A stretch of DNA of 31,824 nt. It comes from Candidatus Rifleibacteriota bacterium. Lineage in GTDB: Bacteria > Muiribacteriota > Ozemobacteria > Ozemobacterales > Ozemobacteraceae. The position numbers and the translations under genes were made by a program. Below, in pieces: positions 26,257-31,824 of the stretch. Under the pieces are notes generated by a model. It was not told where the DNA came from. It did not search any database and was given only the letters and a program-made list of their open reading frames with translations. The stretch covers positions 1-31,824 of the forward strand of contig JBNJGH010000030.1 in assembly GCA_051747585.1 (NCBI GenBank). Reading direction: 5' to 3'. Every line of letters starts with the position of its first letter. Within the stretch, counting starts at the first letter, position 1.

Positions 26257-26302
26257 TTAAGTGAGTATGCATATACTTAACACAAGCCCGGGGGCGAGTC
26301 AA
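26257..26302 (-). promoter_or_regulatory. Putative promoter/operator of the ArsR operon
   Basis: TTAAGT-N12-ACTTAA dyad at 26257-26280 (inner AGTAT-N4-ATACT) downstream of a minus-strand TTGACT (26297-26302). The -10 is weak. Confidence 0.5.
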
Positions 26303-26357
26303 ACAGCTAAGAATAGCTCTATCAGATCGATTCTTGTCAGCAGTAAAAAAAATGCAA

Positions 26358-26628
26358 TACACCAGGCCTCAAAGCCACAAAGAAAATAACCACAGAGCTC
26401 ACAGAGCTACACAGAGAACCTTTTTCAGCCGTGGATTGTCCGTTGGACAATCAGCCGGCGGTTTCACCGTCCGGCTTTCCCAGCAACAGCAAGCCCTCAG
26501 AAAAACACTGGTGTTTTTCTGAGGGCTTGCTGTTGCTGGGAACAAGGGCTGAAAAAGATTAAAAATCGGCTCCGTGGCCTCGGTGATCTCGGTGGTGAAA
26601 TTTTGATATTTGCCAGAGAGAAATAAAA
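26358..26628 (+). repeat. Repeat family A copy 3
   Basis: IRs 26417-26430 / 26547-26560, 116-bp core 26431-26546, perfect 32-bp stem 26477-26542. Same orientation as copy 2. Confidence 0.95.
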
Positions 26629-26713
26629 CGAAAAAAAAGAATTTGATTGCGATTTATTGGGGTTGATGGTTGTGGTATTATGCTGATGCTTAATCTGCAT
26701 GCGGGAGAAATAT

Positions 26714-27622
26714 ATGAGTTTAGATAAGGTTCAATTTTGCGGAGCATATAACTTTCTTGGGTTACCAGAAGAAGATGCAAACTACGAAGATGCCCGGGCA
26801 GTTATTATCCCGGTGCCTTACGACAGTACCACTTCGTATCGTGCCGGCACCCGTGAAGGGCCTGCGGCTATACTTATGGCATCCCGACAGGTTGAACTTT
26901 ATGATCTCGAGCTGGAAACTGAGCCTTTGAACAGCGGCGTTCACACTTTTCCGGAGCTTGAACCAGACATGCAGGGGCCCGAGGCTACACTCAAGAATAT
27001 TGAAAATGCGGTTCGCTCTGTGGTTGGCGAGAATAAATTTCCGGTAATTCTCGGTGGAGAACACAGCATAACCACGGCACCGGTAAGTGTGCTTCGAGAG
27101 AAATATCCGGATTTGTCGATATTACAGCTTGATGCTCATTCGGATTTGCGCGAATCATACGAAAATACTCCTTACAGCCATGCCTCGGTTATGAAAAGAA
27201 TTTTTGAACCCGGTCGACTTACCCAGGTTGGTATAAGAAATACCTGTAAAGATGAGATGGATTTTATTAAGAAAACTGGTCACGACGGTATTTTCTGGGC
27301 CCACGAAATTTTTGCCGGGAATGACGATAGCTGGATGGATAAAGTCCTTGAAAGGCTTAATGATAACCTTTATATAACCATAGACCTGGACGCTTTCGAC
27401 CCTTCAATTATGCCTGCGGTCGGCACCCCCGAACCCGGAGGCCTGCTGTGGTATCAAAGTTTGAAGTTATTAAACAGGGTTATCGATGAAAAAAATGTGG
27501 TAGGCTTTGATGTGGTTGAGCTTTGTCCAATTTCGGGCAACATCGCACCGGATTTTATGGCGGCAAAGCTTGTATTTAAAATGCTCGGTCGTATTTTTAA
27601 AAAGAACAACTGGATAAAATAG
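26714..27622 (+). CDS. speB: Agmatinase
   Basis: PYDSTTSYRAGTREGP, GGEHSIT, DAHSDLR, QVGIR, TIDLDAFDP, GTPEPGGL, FDVVELCP. ATG 26714 follows GGAG (ORF track start 26699). Confidence 0.93.
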   Translation: MSLDKVQFCGAYNFLGLPEEDANYEDARAVIIPVPYDSTTSYRAGTREGPAAILMASRQVELYDLELETEPLNSGVHTFPELEPDMQGPEATLKNIENAVRSVVGENKFPVILGGEHSITTAPVSVLREKYPDLSILQLDAHSDLRESYENTPYSHASVMKRIFEPGRLTQVGIRNTCKDEMDFIKKTGHDGIFWAHEIFAGNDDSWMDKVLERLNDNLYITIDLDAFDPSIMPAVGTPEPGGLLWYQSLKLLNRVIDEKNVVGFDVVELCPISGNIAPDFMAAKLVFKMLGRIFKKNNWIK

Positions 27623-27631
27623 GAGAAAATT

Positions 27632-28438
27632 TTGGAGCACCTGCAAATTCACTTTGCATTAATTGCAGCAGTTATAGCAGCATTTGCCGGCAAAAGAATC
27701 GGCTGGGCAATTCGCGCATGGCCAGGACATGAAGAATTTCATTGCGATTATCTGGATTGTGCTGATTGCGAAGGTGGTAAACGTCGCGGTTGCTATAATG
27801 CCGGTCGAACTCAGGATCGACTTTATATTGCTTTTTCTGCAATCGTTGCCGGCCTTTCAGTTTATTTTTTCGGTTTTTCGATCAAGGCTTTTATTTCATG
27901 GCTTTTCTCGGTCAGCTGTCTGATTATAACCATAGTCGACATACGCTACCTTATTATTCCCGATACCCTGTCGATAAATGGTTGCTGGACAGGCCTTGTT
28001 TATGCGGCAGTTGTTACCTTGTGGGTTAACGCAGGCTATGCTGAGCCCTCATATTTTATTGATTTTAAAAGTTCGCTCATTGGTTTCCTTGCTGGCGGCG
28101 GTTTTTTATGGTTACTTGGCTGGATAGCCCTGCTTCTTCTTAAAAAAGAAGGCATGGGTGGCGGTGACGTTAAGTTGTTGGCGGCCATCGGTGCCTGGAC
28201 CGGCTGGAAGGTCGTGCTGGGAACCATTATTGTTGCCAGCTTCTTAGGGGCATTTTTTGGTATTGCTGGTATTATTTACCGCAAGATTCGCTACGGAACC
28301 AAATATCAACCTCTTTCTCACATGATCCCATTTGGGCCGTATCTTTGTATTGCTTTTATTTTTATTTTTTATTGTGGATTAGACCCGTTGTTTGATCTTA
28401 TGGATGCCTATAATAGCTGGTTGTTGAGTTTTAGATAA
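27632..28438 (+). CDS. pilD: Prepilin peptidase (A24 family)
   Basis: IVDIRYLIIPD, GMGGGDVKLLAAIGAW, IPFGPYL; multi-TM. TTG start after AGGAG. Confidence 0.88.
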   Translation: MEHLQIHFALIAAVIAAFAGKRIGWAIRAWPGHEEFHCDYLDCADCEGGKRRGCYNAGRTQDRLYIAFSAIVAGLSVYFFGFSIKAFISWLFSVSCLIITIVDIRYLIIPDTLSINGCWTGLVYAAVVTLWVNAGYAEPSYFIDFKSSLIGFLAGGGFLWLLGWIALLLLKKEGMGGGDVKLLAAIGAWTGWKVVLGTIIVASFLGAFFGIAGIIYRKIRYGTKYQPLSHMIPFGPYLCIAFIFIFYCGLDPLFDLMDAYNSWLLSFR

Positions 28439-28439
28439 A

Positions 28440-29216
28440 ATGTTTCAGCAGTTAAAAAAATTAGAAAAATATCTTCTTGATCACGAGAATGTTGCAGTAG
28501 CATTCTCAGGCGGTATGGACAGCACATTCTTGACGCTTATGGCCCGGAAGGTAATGCCTGATAATTACAGGGCTTTGCTTGTGAATTCAGAGTTCATGGC
28601 CCAGAGTGAGTTAAATATCGCTCGCTCTATTGCGGAAAAAAATAAGCTTAATTTAAAAGAAATACGAATAGACGTTCTTACAAATGCGATGGTTTGCTGC
28701 AACGATATAAATCGTTGCTATCATTGCAAAAAGGCAATTTTCAGTCGACTGCTTGAGGAAGCAGGGAGCGCGGTTTTGTGTGATGGCTCGGTTACCGATG
28801 ATGATAATGATTATCGACCGGGCAAAAAAGCACTTAAAGAGTTAAAAATTAAAAGCCCGCTTAAAGACTGTGGTTTTAGCAAGGAGCTTGTCGCAAAGGG
28901 GTTGAAGCAGCTTGGTGCCGCAGAACTGATAAGACCTGCGCAAAGCTGCCTGGCCACCAGAATCGTTACCCACGAAACAATAGAAAAAAAGAAGCTCGAG
29001 CAGATTGAGCAAGGTGAGAAGCTTTTAAGAAAAGCAGGGCTGAGATTTTTCAGGTTGCGGCATCACAATGATATTGCCAGAATAGAAGTAGGTTGTGATG
29101 AGCTCGATCAGGCACTTGAAAAGATTAAAACAGTTGTTTGTGAAATTAAAAATCTTGGCTACCGCCATGTAACCCTAGATTTGGAGGGTTACAATAAGGG
29201 ATCAATGAATCGCTAA
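28440..29216 (+). CDS. larE: ATP-dependent sulfur transferase LarE family
   Basis: PP-loop AFSGGMDS, RCYHCKK, DDNDYRPG, SCLATRI, RLRHH..IARIE, VTLDLEGY..GSMN. Confidence 0.9.
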   Translation: MFQQLKKLEKYLLDHENVAVAFSGGMDSTFLTLMARKVMPDNYRALLVNSEFMAQSELNIARSIAEKNKLNLKEIRIDVLTNAMVCCNDINRCYHCKKAIFSRLLEEAGSAVLCDGSVTDDDNDYRPGKKALKELKIKSPLKDCGFSKELVAKGLKQLGAAELIRPAQSCLATRIVTHETIEKKKLEQIEQGEKLLRKAGLRFFRLRHHNDIARIEVGCDELDQALEKIKTVVCEIKNLGYRHVTLDLEGYNKGSMNR

Positions 29217-29224
29217 AAATAATT

Positions 29225-29719
29225 TTATCCTTGATTTTCAAGCAAAGCTGCTTTTAATTTTTTTAAAAACTGGGCTTCTTCTGCGTCGATTTCTGAACTT
29301 AACCCGAGAAAACCACCGCCTGCTGCTTTGCAAACTTCACAGGAAAGTTCATAAACAAAAGCGCGATATTCTCCGGCTTCTTTTTCGTTCGATTTTTCTT
29401 TTAATGCATCATTTACCCTGTCTATAAGAGGTTCAAAAAACTTAACGTCATTCATAAGTTCACTTTTGTTGTTAAAGGCATTGTTCTCTTTTTCTTTCTG
29501 AAGCCCCTTTATAATATCAGCAATCAACTGGTTGTCAGGGTATTTTTGCTCCAATTTTCCCAGAGTTTGCTGGTAAGAAAAGGCTTCTTTTACTGTTGAA
29601 AAAATTTTTCTGATCGTAAAAGTGTTAGCTTTTTTTAAAACTTTTCTTCCAATGCCTATACCCGCAAGCACAGTCAGATCGCGCCACTCTTCCGGACTAT
29701 AGTCGGTATTATCGCTCAT
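29225..29719 (-). CDS. Conserved hypothetical helical protein
   Basis: RBS GAGGAGG before ATG 29719 (ORF track start 29770 lies in repeat B3). C-terminal KAAGGGFLGLSSEIDAEEAQFL. Confidence 0.75.
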   Translation of the reverse strand: MSDNTDYSPEEWRDLTVLAGIGIGRKVLKKANTFTIRKIFSTVKEAFSYQQTLGKLEQKYPDNQLIADIIKGLQKEKENNAFNNKSELMNDVKFFEPLIDRVNDALKEKSNEKEAGEYRAFVYELSCEVCKAAGGGFLGLSSEIDAEEAQFLKKLKAALLENQG

Positions 29720-29756
29720 TATAAATTCCTCCTCAAAGAATTTTATTTCTATTATA

Positions 29757-29962
29757 CAGAAATTATCCATTTAGCAATATTAGCAAGTTTCCAGATATCT
29801 TTGTGTTCTTTGCTATGAACTAAATTTTATCATATCAAAGATTGCTTCGTCGTTCTGCTCCGCAGAACTCCTCGCAATGACAATTCAGGACTGTCATTGC
29901 GAGCAACGCGAAGCAATCTAAATGCCTTGAAACGGTTTCTACAAACAAATGAAAAATTACTG
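29757..29962 (+). repeat. Repeat family B copy 3
   Basis: CAGAAATTATCCATTT/AAATGAAAAATTACTG ends; AGATTGCTTCG..CTCGCAATGAC-N11-GTCATTGCGAG..CGAAGCAATCTAAATGCCTTGAAAC. Confidence 0.9.
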
Positions 29963-29979
29963 GTCGTTATATAGAATTG

Positions 29980-30007
29980 TTGCAACTTACTATATTTAAT
30001 GTACAAT
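29980..30007 (+). promoter_or_regulatory. Putative sigma70 promoter of the right-edge gene
   Basis: TTGCAA 29980-29985, 16 nt, TACAAT 30002-30007. Confidence 0.5.
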
Positions 30008-30016
30008 ATTTTAGCC

Positions 30017-31824
30017 ATGAACAAGGCAAAAGAACATAGTTTTTTTTCTGTGCGAAATATTTTTATTTATTTCGCTATTGTTTTATTGCCTCTGGCTGTT
30101 TCTTATTTTGCCGTCCGCAATATGGTCGTAGAGCAGTATAAAGCACAAAAAGATATTCTCAAGCAGGAATTAAATCGCCAGTCTGCAAAGCTGCCTTTGC
30201 TTGCAAAAGATGCTTACCAATTTAACGATTTTTTTTCCACTCTATTTCGAGAAAAAAAGCTTCTTGCCCGCTCTCCAGAGGTTCTTGCAACTCTTATAGA
30301 TGAAATTAACCGGCGTTATCCAAAAGCTTTTAAATGGATATTCTGGAATGAAAAAGCAGACATAATTCCGGTAAAAAGCAAAAATATTGTTGAGGGTAAA
30401 AGAGCCTGGCATGGGCTTTTTCTTCACCTTATGAGCAAATTCAATGTTTTGGGCAACAACGCTGCGCTAAAAGAAAGAAAACATTTTAAAGGGAAAATGG
30501 GACCTTCTCTTTATATATTGCAAAAAGCGTTGGGTGAAAATACCAAGGTCGAGCACCTCAACTCTGCTCGCAACAATCCTATAGACGCACAATGGTTTGA
30601 TCGCAACTGCATGATCGTCTGGGATATAGATGTGGCTTCTTACCAGTATGAAAACATACCCGAGCGCATCAGAGGCGGAGCTATGGCAATGGTATTTGAA
30701 GATGCTCTCCCCGAAAATTTCTGGCTTTTACGCTTATTAAAAAGACGTTCACGTATGGAAAATACTTTGCCTTATCCAGTCCTTGCCCTGAATTTATCAG
30801 ATAAATCTCCTTTATATATTGAAAAAAGTATTAGATATCCCGGCATTACCAGAAGCCTGGTTAAGGCATATATTAACCGTACTGATAAGATTTTCGAGTT
30901 TGACAATTATATGGCAAAAGCCAGTTTGTTGAGTCAGGATTCTACCATAAGAGTTTTTTCTGTAGTAGACCTGAGTCAGCTTAAATCTATAAGGAACAGA
31001 CAGCTGATTTTATTGAAAATAGCGGTCTTGTCATTATTGTTAATTTCACTCTGGTTAGCTTATAGACTGCTTAAGAAACGTAAAAGTGATTTTACTCTTA
31101 AAAAGCGTATTGCAGGTTTATTTTTGATTTCCATACTTTTGCCGGTTTTGAGTTTGGTAAGTATAGGTAGAACATTTCTGGCTCATGAAGAGAAGCGGCT
31201 ATACGAAACCGCCTATGCCCAGATGGAGGAAGGAATAGAGGCGCTGGAATTAAGGTATAAAGACGCTCCCAGGTTGATGGAAAATGAGGTCTTCAAGGAT
31301 TTGAAGGAATTTATCGGCAGTGATGCCCAAAACCTCAAACAGGTTGAAGACGGCCTTGCAAAAGCTGTAGAGGCTGATTTAATCAAACATTATATTGTTG
31401 GCGATGCTGAAGGAGATTTTCTGGCGAGCAACTGGGAAGACATTCATCCTGCTTTAAAAAATGCATTGAAGTACTCGCTGAGAAAATTGGTTGAACTTGA
31501 AAATGATATGAAAAAGTCGAAGCGCTCTGCACTTAAAGCTGTTATAGATGATGAAATGAAAGGTGTGCTGAACGTAGTTGGCGCGTTTCTGGATCTTTCG
31601 AGACCGAGTCATCTCCGATACTACTGCTTTCAAGATTACCACATGTATTTTCTTTCAGCGACCATTGATGTAAAAGATAAAACAAGATCAGTCGTTGTGC
31701 ATATTCCTGAGGGCTTTATCGAGAAAAGCTTTGTTCGTTCAGAATTTGTTAAGAATATTATGGCCTCAGGGGCTGACCGCAATGAAAAATATGAATTGAA
31801 CTCTGAATTGTTCTTTTACTCGAG
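30017..31824 (+). CDS. Large membrane protein, 5' part (truncated by window end); possibly a sensor-type signalling protein
   Basis: Starts MNKAKEHSFFSVRNIFIYFAIVLLPLAV and is still open in the same frame at the window end. Its absence from the ORF track is consistent with no stop in the window. N-terminal TM plus a TM hairpin near 31000-31170. No output domain is visible. Confidence 0.8.
   Translation, partial: MNKAKEHSFFSVRNIFIYFAIVLLPLAVSYFAVRNMVVEQYKAQKDILKQELNRQSAKLPLLAKDAYQFNDFFSTLFREKKLLARSPEVLATLIDEINRRYPKAFKWIFWNEKADIIPVKSKNIVEGKRAWHGLFLHLMSKFNVLGNNAALKERKHFKGKMGPSLYILQKALGENTKVEHLNSARNNPIDAQWFDRNCMIVWDIDVASYQYENIPERIRGGAMAMVFEDALPENFWLLRLLKRRSRMENTLPYPVLALNLSDKSPLYIEKSIRYPGITRSLVKAYINRTDKIFEFDNYMAKASLLSQDSTIRVFSVVDLSQLKSIRNRQLILLKIAVLSLLLISLWLAYRLLKKRKSDFTLKKRIAGLFLISILLPVLSLVSIGRTFLAHEEKRLYETAYAQMEEGIEALELRYKDAPRLMENEVFKDLKEFIGSDAQNLKQVEDGLAKAVEADLIKHYIVGDAEGDFLASNWEDIHPALKNALKYSLRKLVELENDMKKSKRSALKAVIDDEMKGVLNVVGAFLDLSRPSHLRYYCFQDYHMYFLSATIDVKDKTRSVVVHIPEGFIEKSFVRSEFVKNIMASGADRNEKYELNSELFFYS

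Noticed and set aside
26385..26420. CACAGAG units with 9-10-nt period, and the spaced palindromes, as a possible CRISPR array
   Set aside because: There is no series of 25-40-bp direct repeats with unique spacers and no cas genes; the copies are kilobases apart.

Overview
Low-GC bacterial chromosomal window with about 29 mostly housekeeping, envelope and transport genes. They include the 3' end of a probable arsM, fba, an uncharacterised lipoprotein-TPR/TerB-YbjN-TPR-HEAT-STAS cluster, nagB, SpoIID/LytB, a sodium:solute symporter, a PGRP-like amidase, an orphan flagellin, phospholipase D, an ArsR-headed double ABC/LolA-like/outer-membrane cassette, speB-pilD-larE, and a large membrane protein running off the right end. 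The gene style suggests Candidatus Riflebacteria or a similar diderm anaerobe; this is inference only. I found no transposase, integrase, tRNA, rRNA or CRISPR array. The notable signal is non-coding: most large intergenic gaps contain members of a shared set of palindromic repeats. Family A (3 copies) has a 116-bp three-hairpin core bounded by 14-18-bp inverted repeats. The core is flipped relative to its flanks in one copy and carries fully compensatory substitutions in a 32-bp stem. Family B (3 copies plus a half) is a ~190-220-bp nested-inverted-repeat element that ends 17-18 bp upstream of a predicted sigma70 -35 hexamer in all three full copies. Smaller modules (C, D, TCG hexamers, GTAG REP) combine into mosaics. 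All alignments were done by eye.
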